Shown one piece after another: positions 26,744 through 35,707 of a DNA stretch of 64,000 nucleotides. The position numbers were made by a program, and so were the translations under genes. Origin of the DNA: Planctomycetota bacterium (GTDB lineage: Bacteria > Planctomycetota > UBA1135); contig QQUA01000002.1 of NCBI GenBank assembly GCA_008501825.1, positions 232,695 to 296,694 of the forward strand. Reading direction: 5' to 3'. The notes beneath the pieces were generated by a model, which did not search any database, had not been told where the DNA came from, and worked only from the letters and a program-made list of their open reading frames with translations. Position 1 is the first letter of the stretch. Each line of letters opens with the position of its first letter.

Positions 26744-27559
26744 CTATTGGGCTTGTGAAGTCCCCTCTTCCGGCCCTTCTCGCAGAATGCGGAAGCCGAG
26801 GTGGTTGCCGTCGGGGATCCACCAAACGCCGGGGGGGAAATTGGGGTCCTTCAAGGTCCAGTCTTCGTCGAAGCCTAAACGGTTTTCCGGGGTCAGTTGA
26901 TCGGCGGTGTCTTTCCAGGAACCGCCGCGCAGCACCGCCCGTTCCGAATCGCTTGGGTCATAAGGATTGCCGCAATATTCCCAAAGATTGCCAAGGACGT
27001 CGTACAAACCATGTTCGTTGGCCGCCTTTTGTCCGACTTCCTGGGATTTCTCCTCGCTGTTGTCGGCGAACCAAGCTCGATCGGCCAAAGGACCGCTTCC
27101 GCCCTGGCCGCAAGCCATCTGCCATTCCTCTTCGGTCGGCAAGCGATAGCGATGGCCGGTATTCATCGACAGCCATTCGCAATATTTTTTGGCTGCGTTC
27201 CAACTCATGCCTACTGCCGGCCTTCGGCCGACGCCCCAGTTGTGGTCGTAGGGCACCCAATCCAAAGGCTTGGACGGCTTGCTGACTGCATCGGCGTCCG
27301 GCGGCACTTCCCCCTTCTGTTCAAAATCGCAGTACAGCAAATATTCATCCCAGGTGACCTCGGTACGGCCGATCCAAAAGCCGCCTTGGTCAATCCAAAC
27401 CATGTCGAATTCGACCGTGGAGCCTTGAATGCTTTCGGTGTAGTGAAGGGATGCCTCTCCATCCTCCTCATCAGCCGAAGCCGAGGAATCGGAGCAAGCC
27501 ACGATCGAGAAGCTGAGAGCGAAGGCAAAAAGACAGGCGCGGAGGGAAGCCATGAGCAT
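26744..27559 (-). CDS. Formylglycine-generating-enzyme (SUMF1/EgtB/PvdO) family lipoprotein
   Basis: Lipobox IVAC. RPAVGMSWNAAKKYCEWLS, YRLPTEEEW, GLYDVLGNLWEYC and VLRGGSW are typical of the FGE-sulfatase domain. Confidence 0.85.
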   Translation of the reverse strand: MLMASLRACLFAFALSFSIVACSDSSASADEEDGEASLHYTESIQGSTVEFDMVWIDQGGFWIGRTEVTWDEYLLYCDFEQKGEVPPDADAVSKPSKPLDWVPYDHNWGVGRRPAVGMSWNAAKKYCEWLSMNTGHRYRLPTEEEWQMACGQGGSGPLADRAWFADNSEEKSQEVGQKAANEHGLYDVLGNLWEYCGNPYDPSDSERAVLRGGSWKDTADQLTPENRLGFDEDWTLKDPNFPPGVWWIPDGNHLGFRILREGPEEGTSQAQ

Positions 27560-27617
27560 TACCTGGACTCGGTTTAACCGATTTCGAGGAATCCCGCCAG
27601 GTCTTTCGTCCCCCCCT

Positions 27618-28436
27618 TCAGGAACCGGCGAATTCAGCCAAGCGGGTTTTCAATTCGGCCAGGAAGTCTTCCCGAACTTGCCGCTCCAACCACGGGTAAT
27701 GGCCGCATTCAGGCCACTCCCGATATTCCAATTGAGGCAAAACCGGCCGCAAGGAATCGCGAATCGGTCCTCCAGGGTGAGGATCCTCGGCGCCGTGGAT
27801 CATCCACACCGGACATGCAATGTTTTGAAATGCGGCCGGATATCGGCCTTCCTGCTGCAATCGAAGCATGTCCTGCCAACTTTCGCGGTGAGCCTGGGCG
27901 TCGCAAGCCGGCAAAGGAAAGGAGATGGCCGCATCTTGGATCAGATCGACCGAAAAAATCGGCAACAAAAGCTCTCCCATCCGGGCCAAGGCTTCATCGG
28001 CTTTCGCATCCTCCGCGGGCAGGCCGGATAATTCCTGATGCACCGGTTCGGTCATTCTGTATTCAAGATTTCGTTCGAACATCCGGCGGGCTCGCTCATC
28101 GAAGGTGCCGCAAGCTACCAGGATCAAAGCCTTCGGCAGCTTTGGAAATTGGGCGGCGAAAACCAAGGCCAACATCGCGCCCCAGGAATGGCCGAGCAAA
28201 ATCGGCGCAGCCGGCGATTCCATCGAACGTACCAATTCGGCCAAGTCCTGGACATGGCGCTCGACCGTTAAAGGAAGAGCTCCCGCACCTCTTTGCCAGG
28301 GTTCCCAAACCTGAAAGGAATCCGCTAAGGCTTGAGCCAATGGAGCGAGATATCCGGGCGCTCCAGGCCCACCGTGGATCAGCACGACAGGCGGACCCGT
28401 TTCGCCGTAGCGGTCGCCCTGGAATGCGGTCACCAC
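27618..28436 (-). CDS. Alpha/beta-fold hydrolase (proline-iminopeptidase-like)
   Basis: [12 protein letters not shown] and the nucleophile elbow LLGHSWGAM. The track ORF start (28559) overlaps the GH95 gene by 130 nt, and there is no internal ATG. A GTG at 28436 sits just after the GH95 stop, so the start is uncertain. Confidence 0.7.
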   Translation of the reverse strand: MVTAFQGDRYGETGPPVVLIHGGPGAPGYLAPLAQALADSFQVWEPWQRGAGALPLTVERHVQDLAELVRSMESPAAPILLGHSWGAMLALVFAAQFPKLPKALILVACGTFDERARRMFERNLEYRMTEPVHQELSGLPAEDAKADEALARMGELLLPIFSVDLIQDAAISFPLPACDAQAHRESWQDMLRLQQEGRYPAAFQNIACPVWMIHGAEDPHPGGPIRDSLRPVLPQLEYREWPECGHYPWLERQVREDFLAELKTRLAEFAGS

Positions 28437-31400
28437 TGGGTAATCGCCAGCAATTGATATTCCGATGACGGCTCCAGTTCCAAAGCCAATAGACCCGGTT
28501 CCAAACGCACGCTTTCCACCGCCAAGCCATCGCGCCGTACTTGCAATTCTTGGCGACAACGAAGCAGGACCTTCCTGGCTCTAGGGCCGGACCGCAACAC
28601 CCCACTCACGAGGTGGCCGTTGCGCCAGCGGAGATCCAACTCCAAATCACCTCGAGCCCGGAAACCGCGCAATTCGCCGTCGCTCCAAGCCTTCGGAAGG
28701 GCCGGCAACAAGTGCAGCTCTCCGGCGTGGCTTTGTAGCAGCATTTCGGCTATTCCGGCCGTGCCACCGAAGTTGCCGTCGATTTGAAACGGCGGATGGT
28801 TGTCGAACAAATTGGGCAAGGTCGATTTCGCCAGCAAGGCTTGTAGATTGTCGAAGGCCGCCTCGCCGTCGAACAAACGGGCCCAGAAATTGATGATCCA
28901 GGCTCGGCTCCATCCGGTGTGGCCGCCGCCGTGGCGCAACCGCTCGTCCAAGGTTCGGCGAACCGCTTCGGCCAATTCCGGCGTGCGTAACGGATGGATT
29001 TCCCATCCCGGGTGCAAGCCATAGAGATGGGACATGTGGCGGTGACCAGGTTCCGCCTCTTTGAACTCTCGCGGCCATTCCAAGATTCTTCCGTCGGAAC
29101 CGATCCGAGTTGGAGCCAATCGCCCCAAGGCCGCTCCAACTTCCCGGGTAAAGGCGTTTTCAATCGCCAATTCGGCTGCCGCCTGCAAGGTGTGGGCGAA
29201 CAACTCCCGGACGATTTGCTGATTCATGGTCGGCCCCATCACCGCGTGGGCCCGAATCGGTCGTAGGGCTTGTTCAATCTCCTGCATTTCCCGCCTTAGT
29301 GGAGCTTTGGCCGCATCCATGCTGCGGTGGTAGTCGGCAAGGACTTCCCGTTCCTTGCCAGACCGGGAAGCCGGCGATTTTTGCAAGGCCGCTTGCACCG
29401 GCCAGGGCCAATCCGCCGACAGCATTTGAAAGGCAAATCCACTGGCGCCGCCGTTGTTGACCACTTTCAGTAATAGCTGGTTGCTTCCTTCTTGAAGTTG
29501 GACGCGCACCCGATCCTGATCCAAGGCGGCTCCTCGATACACCTCCCGAGCCAAGACTTCTTCCCCATTCCACCAAACTTTCAAACAGTCATCACTGCCC
29601 AGCGCCAACACGGCTTCGCCGGCTTGAGGCGCCACGATATCTCGCCTCAAGTAAAACGCCCCAAGACTGGAACCAAGAGAATGGACTTGGCCGTCGCGCC
29701 ACTGAGGCCGAGTCTGCCAAGTCGCCGCAGCCGGATTTTGTTCCACCGGAAAAACTTTGCCGAAGGCTTCTTTGCCGGTTTTCGCCGGGAAGGGTCCACA
29801 TAACTGCCACGGAGAGGGCTCGGTTTTCAAGGCCGCGGCTTCCAGCACTTTCGTTCGACTGCTTTCCAGCCATTGCCGGCGAGAAGCGAGCAAACTTTCA
29901 TCTTCGTTTTGATATTCGGTTTGCAACTCGGCCAGCCTCCGGCGCAAATCCACTTCCTTCCCCTGCACCTCCGGGTTCAACACCAAAAAACTGTTTTCCG
30001 GTGAGATGGAAGGCCCGCAAACCAACCAGCCGGTTTCCGGATCTTCGCACAAATAATCCAGGAAGAACTGAGAGGCTCCTTGCAAGGTCGGCCAGACCCG
30101 CTTGCGCAGAAATTCCCGGTCCAAACCGAAACGGTAGTGTTCCCACAAGTGGCGGGAAGACCACGCCCCACCGGTGGGCCATAGCCCGTATTGGGTGGCG
30201 CCAATCGGACTGCTGAAAGCCCATGCATCGGAAACGTGGTGCGCCACCCAGCCGCGACAGCCATATAAATCCTTAGCCGTAGCGGTTCCGCTTGCTTCCA
30301 GAGCTTCCATCCAATCGAACAAGGGTTGATGGCACTCGGCCAGATTGGTGACTTCCGCCGGCCAATAGTTCATTTGCAAATTAATGTTGATGTGATAGTC
30401 CGCATTCCAAGGTGCATCCATGTGATAGTTCCAAAGTCCCTGCAAATTTGCCGGCATGCAACCGGGCCGACTGGAACCGATCAGCAAATAGCGGCCGAAT
30501 TGAAAATAGAGCTCGTGCAACTGAGGATCGACGGCGCCGGCCTTGACTTGGGCCAGGCGTTGGTCGGTAGCCAAGCCCTGAGGAGCCGCCCCAAGGTCCA
30601 GGGAGCAGCGACGGAACAAACGGCGATGTTCCCTAACGCTGGCTGCCAGCATGGCATCGAATTCCAATCCGTCTGCCAGGGCCAAATCGGCGGCGGCGGC
30701 CGTGGCCGGATCCGCACCGCGATAGTCGGTGGCGGCGGCAAGCCGAATCAAGAATTCGCTTGTCCCTTTTATCTCGATCCCGGTCGGCGTAGGCCATACA
30801 CGACCGCCTTGGTGCTGCATCGCCATCACCGCGGCGAAGCGCACTCCCTCATGTTCTTCGCCGCGATCGGCCTGACCGAGAAACAGCCAGGATTTTTCGG
30901 ACAAGGGAAGAGAAGTGAAGTGCTCCTGACGATCCATCCGCACACGGCAGTGCAAACCGTCGGGATGGTCGGTAGTGACGCGCAGGACCAGTTGCTGGTG
31001 AACCGGGCTGGCGAAGAGTTCCCGCCGGTAGTTCCGCCCTTCATGGCTGAACGCCACCACCGCCAAGCCGCGATCCAAATCCAAGGAGCGGCGGTAGTTT
31101 TGGACCTCTTCGATGCCTTCGAATTGCAGCCAAAGGTCAGCCAAACTCTGGTGGCTGCGAACCCAACGGGGCCCCATGAATTCCCGCTGCATCAAAGCCT
31201 GGCCTTCGGCATATCGTCCGGCAAAGAACAGCGAACGGGCTTGCTCCAGGTATTGATGGGCGCCAACCCGATCGCGGCTAACCTTTTTTCCCGCCCAAAG
31301 AGAATCCTCGTTGAGTTGCAGCCGCTCTTGCTCCACGTCGCCGAAGATCATGGCGCCGAGGCGGCCGTTTCCCACCGGAAGTGCCTCGGTCCAGGCGGAA

Positions 31401-31501
31401 GCGGGCTGCCGGTACCAAAGCTCTAGATCGGAAAAAGCGTCGCCGGCCTCCTGAGGCTGGAAGCCGGCGAGAATGAGCAAAGGGAGGAGGGAGGGGAGCA
31501 T
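28430..31501 (-). CDS. GH95 alpha-L-fucosidase with a large internal insertion
   Basis: GH95 landmarks [58 protein letters not shown] and [13 protein letters not shown]. The protein is 1023 aa, and ~245 extra residues (aa ~506-752) sit between SPENSF and TMNQQI. Confidence 0.9.
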   Translation of the reverse strand: MLPSLLPLLILAGFQPQEAGDAFSDLELWYRQPASAWTEALPVGNGRLGAMIFGDVEQERLQLNEDSLWAGKKVSRDRVGAHQYLEQARSLFFAGRYAEGQALMQREFMGPRWVRSHQSLADLWLQFEGIEEVQNYRRSLDLDRGLAVVAFSHEGRNYRRELFASPVHQQLVLRVTTDHPDGLHCRVRMDRQEHFTSLPLSEKSWLFLGQADRGEEHEGVRFAAVMAMQHQGGRVWPTPTGIEIKGTSEFLIRLAAATDYRGADPATAAAADLALADGLEFDAMLAASVREHRRLFRRCSLDLGAAPQGLATDQRLAQVKAGAVDPQLHELYFQFGRYLLIGSSRPGCMPANLQGLWNYHMDAPWNADYHININLQMNYWPAEVTNLAECHQPLFDWMEALEASGTATAKDLYGCRGWVAHHVSDAWAFSSPIGATQYGLWPTGGAWSSRHLWEHYRFGLDREFLRKRVWPTLQGASQFFLDYLCEDPETGWLVCGPSISPENSFLVLNPEVQGKEVDLRRRLAELQTEYQNEDESLLASRRQWLESSRTKVLEAAALKTEPSPWQLCGPFPAKTGKEAFGKVFPVEQNPAAATWQTRPQWRDGQVHSLGSSLGAFYLRRDIVAPQAGEAVLALGSDDCLKVWWNGEEVLAREVYRGAALDQDRVRVQLQEGSNQLLLKVVNNGGASGFAFQMLSADWPWPVQAALQKSPASRSGKEREVLADYHRSMDAAKAPLRREMQEIEQALRPIRAHAVMGPTMNQQIVRELFAHTLQAAAELAIENAFTREVGAALGRLAPTRIGSDGRILEWPREFKEAEPGHRHMSHLYGLHPGWEIHPLRTPELAEAVRRTLDERLRHGGGHTGWSRAWIINFWARLFDGEAAFDNLQALLAKSTLPNLFDNHPPFQIDGNFGGTAGIAEMLLQSHAGELHLLPALPKAWSDGELRGFRARGDLELDLRWRNGHLVSGVLRSGPRARKVLLRCRQELQVRRDGLAVESVRLEPGLLALELEPSSEYQLLAITQW

Positions 31502-31532
31502 CTCCCCCGCAGTCTACGACCGGAGCAAAACC

Positions 31533-32117
31533 CTACTCTTTGAGCACCATATCGATGCAGAGGACCGCCGCCATGATCAACATGCGGACCGGATTGTCCG
31601 GGTTCACCCCGTCCTTGATTTCCAACATGTAGTTGTCGGCGCTGGTAAACAGCTCCTTGCCGACACCGGACCATTTCTTGCTGACGTGAGCCAGTTCTTT
31701 TTCACCGAGCAAGAAGCGGAAGTTCCAGCCGGTCCACTTGCCCTTCAAGGTACACATCACCTTGTCGGACGGCCCCAAAACTTCGAAGGAGCCGCCGATG
31801 GAAAACTTCTGTTTGAAGCCGCCCATCCGCCTTCCTTTGGCGTCGAGGACGTCCACCTTGGAAAACAAAAAAGTCACGCCACGTTTGATCTCAAACACGA
31901 CGTCCCCTTCCGGTGTTCTGACTTGAATGTGAAAGGGAGTCATGCGCTTGTAATCGGTAAAGCGCAACATCTTGGTAAAGAAACCCAACTTCTCTTCCCG
32001 GCATTCCAGCAGCACGTCGCCGGATTCCGGATGGTAGATGTCGAAGTTGTTGGCAGCTTTAAACATGCCAATGTGTTCCTTGACCAAGAAGAGGTTATGG
32101 GACAGTGCAGGATGCAT
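31533..32117 (-). CDS. Scramblase/LURP-one (tubby C-terminal-like) family protein
   Basis: The pattern FDIYHPESGDVLLECREEKLGFFTKMLRF...FEIKRGVTFLFSKVDVLDAKGRRMGGFKQKFSIGGSFEVL...KWSGVGKELFTSADNYMLEI resembles bacterial PLSCR-like proteins. The start is set at ATG 32117, after the upstream stop. Confidence 0.6.
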   Translation of the reverse strand: MHPALSHNLFLVKEHIGMFKAANNFDIYHPESGDVLLECREEKLGFFTKMLRFTDYKRMTPFHIQVRTPEGDVVFEIKRGVTFLFSKVDVLDAKGRRMGGFKQKFSIGGSFEVLGPSDKVMCTLKGKWTGWNFRFLLGEKELAHVSKKWSGVGKELFTSADNYMLEIKDGVNPDNPVRMLIMAAVLCIDMVLKE

Positions 32118-32134
32118 GATCGGTGGATGTGGGT

Positions 32135-33145
32135 TTAGGCGCGGCGCAACCATCGGCGGGCGATCTGGGAAAGCAAATCGACTCCCACCACCAAGGCGGC
32201 CCCACAAAGGACGAAGAACATCATGTGGTCGTAGCGCATGCGGGCGCGGGAATCCTGGACCCAATAGCCCAAAGAAACCACCCCCAACATGCCAAGCACG
32301 GTGGCTTCACGCACGCAGGTTTCCAAGCGGTAAAAGAAATACAGCAGAAACCTGGAAAGAGCCATCGGTGGCAAGATCAGACCGGCGAGTTGCCGGCGAC
32401 CGGCTCCTAACATGCGCAAGGAACGGAGGCAGGCCGGCGACAGGTTCTCTACTGTATCGGCTCCCAGCCGACTTAGGATGCCGGCGTTGTGGATGGCCAG
32501 AGCAAGGACCGCCGGCCAGGCCTGAGGCCCTAATACCGCCAGCAAAAAGAACGCCCAAATGTATTCGGGAATCGCCCGCAGAAACATGGCGAAGCCACGA
32601 CTGGCCCACACCAATCCGGCCCACGCCAACTGCCTGGAACCGCTGGCCTTGCCCAAGACGAAAGGATCCCGATTCATAAAGTTGCGAGCGCCAAGCAAGC
32701 TCAAGGGTAGAGAAGCGACCGCGGCGAGCATCATGGCCGCCACCGCCATCCACAAGGTGGTCATGAGAGCTTCGCCGCCTCGCTCTTGAAACATGGCGGC
32801 CAACCAAGACCCGAGGCCGTCGCCGGTGGCTTCGTTGTCCGCTGCGGACGGCCGCAGCGGAGGCGGCAAGGCTTCCTCGAAAAAGAAACGCCTCAGGTTG
32901 GCCATCCGCCTGGGAGTCCAAAGCTGACCGAACCCAATCTCCGGAGAGATCCAAGCCCAAAGGCCGAGCAATATCAAAACCCACCAACTGAACCGGAGGA
33001 AGCGATTGCGTGGCCGTTCCCGGTGAAGTTGGGCGATCCGTCGTTGCGCTTCGCTCGCTTTCACGCCACCAAAGCCCTCCGCAACTTCCAACTCCAAACT
33101 TCCAATAGCACCACCACCAGGAACAGGGCGTACAGATAAGTCCAC
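32135..33145 (-). CDS. phnE: Phosphonate/phosphite-type ABC transporter permease (PhnE-like), copy 2
   Basis: Multi-TM protein with an EAA-like loop region (GAGRRQLAGLILPPMALSRFLLY). It lies immediately downstream of another PhnE-like gene and the phnC/phnD-like genes. The start is uncertain (85-nt overlap with the upstream gene). Confidence 0.7.
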   Translation of the reverse strand: MDLSVRPVPGGGAIGSLELEVAEGFGGVKASEAQRRIAQLHRERPRNRFLRFSWWVLILLGLWAWISPEIGFGQLWTPRRMANLRRFFFEEALPPPLRPSAADNEATGDGLGSWLAAMFQERGGEALMTTLWMAVAAMMLAAVASLPLSLLGARNFMNRDPFVLGKASGSRQLAWAGLVWASRGFAMFLRAIPEYIWAFFLLAVLGPQAWPAVLALAIHNAGILSRLGADTVENLSPACLRSLRMLGAGRRQLAGLILPPMALSRFLLYFFYRLETCVREATVLGMLGVVSLGYWVQDSRARMRYDHMMFFVLCGAALVVGVDLLSQIARRWLRRA

Positions 33146-33933
33146 ACCTCTCGAAAGTGGAGGTTGTCGAAACTAGCCTTCAAATACATTCCCAAGGTGG
33201 GAATGCCGAAGAATCCCATGACCGCCGCCGAACGAATGGCGCATTCGAATCGGTAGAAAGCATAAGCCGCCATGTCCGGCAACGCCCTCGGCAAAAGACC
33301 GAAACCAAACACCCACGCCGGGGGGGCGCCCAGGGCTTGCAAGGCCGCCGCCGATCCGGTCGGCGCTTCGTCCAGCATTTCGGAAAAGATCTTGGCCAGG
33401 GTACCGGTGTAGGGAAGAGCAATGGCCAATATCGCCGTGGCTGGGTGCAATCCGAAAGCGGCCAAGAAGATGACCGCCCACAAAAGTTCGTGGATCGATC
33501 GCAACAGGGCGATCAAAAGACGCACTGCGGCAAAACAGATCCCGCGCCAAACTTTTCCCCAGCCCCGTCGGCGGCCGAGAGCATGGCCGGAAGTCCGCCA
33601 CCAGGATTGAGAAGCCAACAAACCTAGAAAGAAACCGGCTACCAAGGCCACGCTCATGGCGGCGGCGGCAAATAGCACGGTTCGATAGATCGCCTGACCG
33701 AGCCTGCTTAGAAAAGCGGGCGTACCGGACGGAACCGGATGCTGGTAATCAAAGGCCGGCTGTACGGCGGCTTGGAAGAATTCGAGAGCCAAACGCCGGC
33801 CGCCGGCATGAGGCCATAGCTGGGCCAAGGATAGGTCCAAAGCCCAAACGGAGGCGGCGGCCAACGGCAGTGCCAGCAGCAGCAACAAGCCCCGTCGACC
33901 GACAGGGAAGGGCCGGCCTTCAGGAGGGTTCAT
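33061..33933 (-). CDS. phnE: Phosphonate/phosphite-type ABC transporter permease (PhnE-like), copy 1
   Basis: Multi-TM protein. The segment ALGAPPAWVFGFGLLPRALPDMAAYAFYRFECAIRSAAVMG is typical of PhnE. The start is set at ATG 33933. Confidence 0.75.
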   Translation of the reverse strand: MNPPEGRPFPVGRRGLLLLLALPLAAASVWALDLSLAQLWPHAGGRRLALEFFQAAVQPAFDYQHPVPSGTPAFLSRLGQAIYRTVLFAAAAMSVALVAGFFLGLLASQSWWRTSGHALGRRRGWGKVWRGICFAAVRLLIALLRSIHELLWAVIFLAAFGLHPATAILAIALPYTGTLAKIFSEMLDEAPTGSAAALQALGAPPAWVFGFGLLPRALPDMAAYAFYRFECAIRSAAVMGFFGIPTLGMYLKASFDNLHFREVWTYLYALFLVVVLLEVWSWKLRRALVA

Positions 33934-34693
33934 CCGCCTCCAGCCGATAAAGCCGTTTGAAATCAAGTTCGCTGAGATAGCGGGTGGGCCCGTCGTAAGC
34001 CACCTTGCCCCCTCGCAGACCGACGATCCGCGGGAAGAAGTCCCGTGCCAATTCCAAATCGTGCAGGCTCACGATCAAGCACAAACCATGCTCTCGGGCC
34101 AAGCCACGCAACAGATTCACCACCCCCCAAGCTCGGGCCGGATCCAAGGAAGCCACCGGTTCATCGGCCAACAATATTTCCGGCTCCTGAAACAAAGCCC
34201 GTACCACCGCCACTCGCTGTTGCTGGCCGCCGGACAGTGTGTCGACTCGTTGATACAAGGTGTCGCCGATGCCGACTCGATCCAACAAGCGAAAAACCCG
34301 TTCCACTTCATTTTTCGCCGGCCACAACACCCGGGTCAACCCCGGCCAAAAGCCTTGCCTTCCCAACTGCCCGGTCAAGACGTTCGGCAACACCCGCAAG
34401 TTGGGCACCAGACCGAGGTCCTGATGGATGAAACCCACTTCCGATCGCAGCCGTCGCAATGCTTTCGGGCTAAGTTGCCGCAAGGATTTGCCCTGCAAGC
34501 GGATTTCACCGGCATCGGCCGCCAGCGTTCCGTTGATGCAACGCAACAAAGTGGTTTTGCCGGACCCGGAAGGTCCTAGGAGAGCTAAAGCTTCTCCAGG
34601 TCGGACCTGCAAATCCACGTTTTGCAATACCGGTCGCCCACCCAGGGATACGGAAAGATCCTGGATTTCTAGAACCGGTCGGGGAGAAGTCAT
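33920..34693 (-). CDS. phnC: Phosphonate-type ABC transporter ATP-binding protein
   Basis: Walker A GPSGSGKTTLLRCINGT, signature LSGGQQQRVAVVRAL and Walker B ILLADEP. The start is set at ATG 34693 (MTSPRPVLEIQDL). Confidence 0.85.
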   Translation of the reverse strand: MTSPRPVLEIQDLSVSLGGRPVLQNVDLQVRPGEALALLGPSGSGKTTLLRCINGTLAADAGEIRLQGKSLRQLSPKALRRLRSEVGFIHQDLGLVPNLRVLPNVLTGQLGRQGFWPGLTRVLWPAKNEVERVFRLLDRVGIGDTLYQRVDTLSGGQQQRVAVVRALFQEPEILLADEPVASLDPARAWGVVNLLRGLAREHGLCLIVSLHDLELARDFFPRIVGLRGGKVAYDGPTRYLSELDFKRLYRLEADEPS

Positions 34694-34700
34694 CAGCCGG

Positions 34701-35579
34701 CTAAAAGCCCAATTCGGTGGCGACTTTTGCCAAGTTTGAATAATCCTCGTTCTTGGCGGCGATGAACCCATTGGGGCGGGAGAATGCTTCCAGGGCGGCG
34801 GGATCGTCCATTTGCAACAAAACCTTTTGGAGTTTTGCGGTCAGGCCTTCCTGCCAATCTTCCAGCTTTGGATGAACGGTCCACTGGTAGTCCACGTATT
34901 CCGGCGTCACCCAGATCACCCTGCATAGTTCGGGATCCAACTTCCCCTCTCGCACCATTTGATCGTATTGAACGAAGTTCATCGCCCCGGCTTCGAAACT
35001 TCCGGCTTCGACCAACTTGGCGGTTTTATCGTGAGCATTGGAAAAACTATTGGGCCGGCCGAAGAATTGCTCCGGGCTCATGCCGGTATGTTGGCGAATG
35101 AAATATTCCGGCATCAAACGGCCGGAGGTCGAGTCTGCGGACCCAAAGGTGAAACGCCGCCCCTTCAACCCCATGGGGAAGTCTTCACTTTTGGTCAAAC
35201 CTGTGTCCTTGTGGGCCACGAAATAACTTTTGAAATGGGGATCCAAGCTTCCTTGGGCCAAGGCTTGGGCTCCGGGAACCGCCCTTCGAGCTTGGACGCC
35301 GGTCAATCCTCCAAACCAGGCCAATTGCACGTCGCCGTTTTTAAACGCCTCGACCGACGCGTTGTAATCCGGAGTCGGCACGAATTCCACCGGCATTTGC
35401 AAGCGCTCGGCCAAATGACGGGCGAAGGGGTCGAGGCGCTCGACCATATCGGTGTTGTTCGAATCTGGAATCACGGTAAAGCGCAATACCGGTCGTTCGC
35501 CGGCTTCGGCGTCGCCGCAAGATGCGCAAAGGGAGATCGAACCGAAAAGGAGGGCCAAGCCCAAGGAGCGGATTCTCAT
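34701..35579 (-). CDS. phnD: Phosphate/phosphite/phosphonate ABC transporter substrate-binding lipoprotein
   Basis: Lipoprotein signal MRIRSLGLALLFGSISLCASC. LRFTVIPDSN, DVQLAWFGG and SGRLMPEYF are PhnD-like. Confidence 0.8.
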   Translation of the reverse strand: MRIRSLGLALLFGSISLCASCGDAEAGERPVLRFTVIPDSNNTDMVERLDPFARHLAERLQMPVEFVPTPDYNASVEAFKNGDVQLAWFGGLTGVQARRAVPGAQALAQGSLDPHFKSYFVAHKDTGLTKSEDFPMGLKGRRFTFGSADSTSGRLMPEYFIRQHTGMSPEQFFGRPNSFSNAHDKTAKLVEAGSFEAGAMNFVQYDQMVREGKLDPELCRVIWVTPEYVDYQWTVHPKLEDWQEGLTAKLQKVLLQMDDPAALEAFSRPNGFIAAKNEDYSNLAKVATELGF

Positions 35580-35707
35580 GTCCAATCCTGATTCGTCGGT
35601 GAAAGAACCGGAGCGGGAGCCCCGGGGAGGAGGGCGAATGGAGGGCGGCGGCGCCCCGGATCGGGACGCCGCCGTGCGCATTCTAGTAGTGCCGGAGAGG
35701 AGACCGG

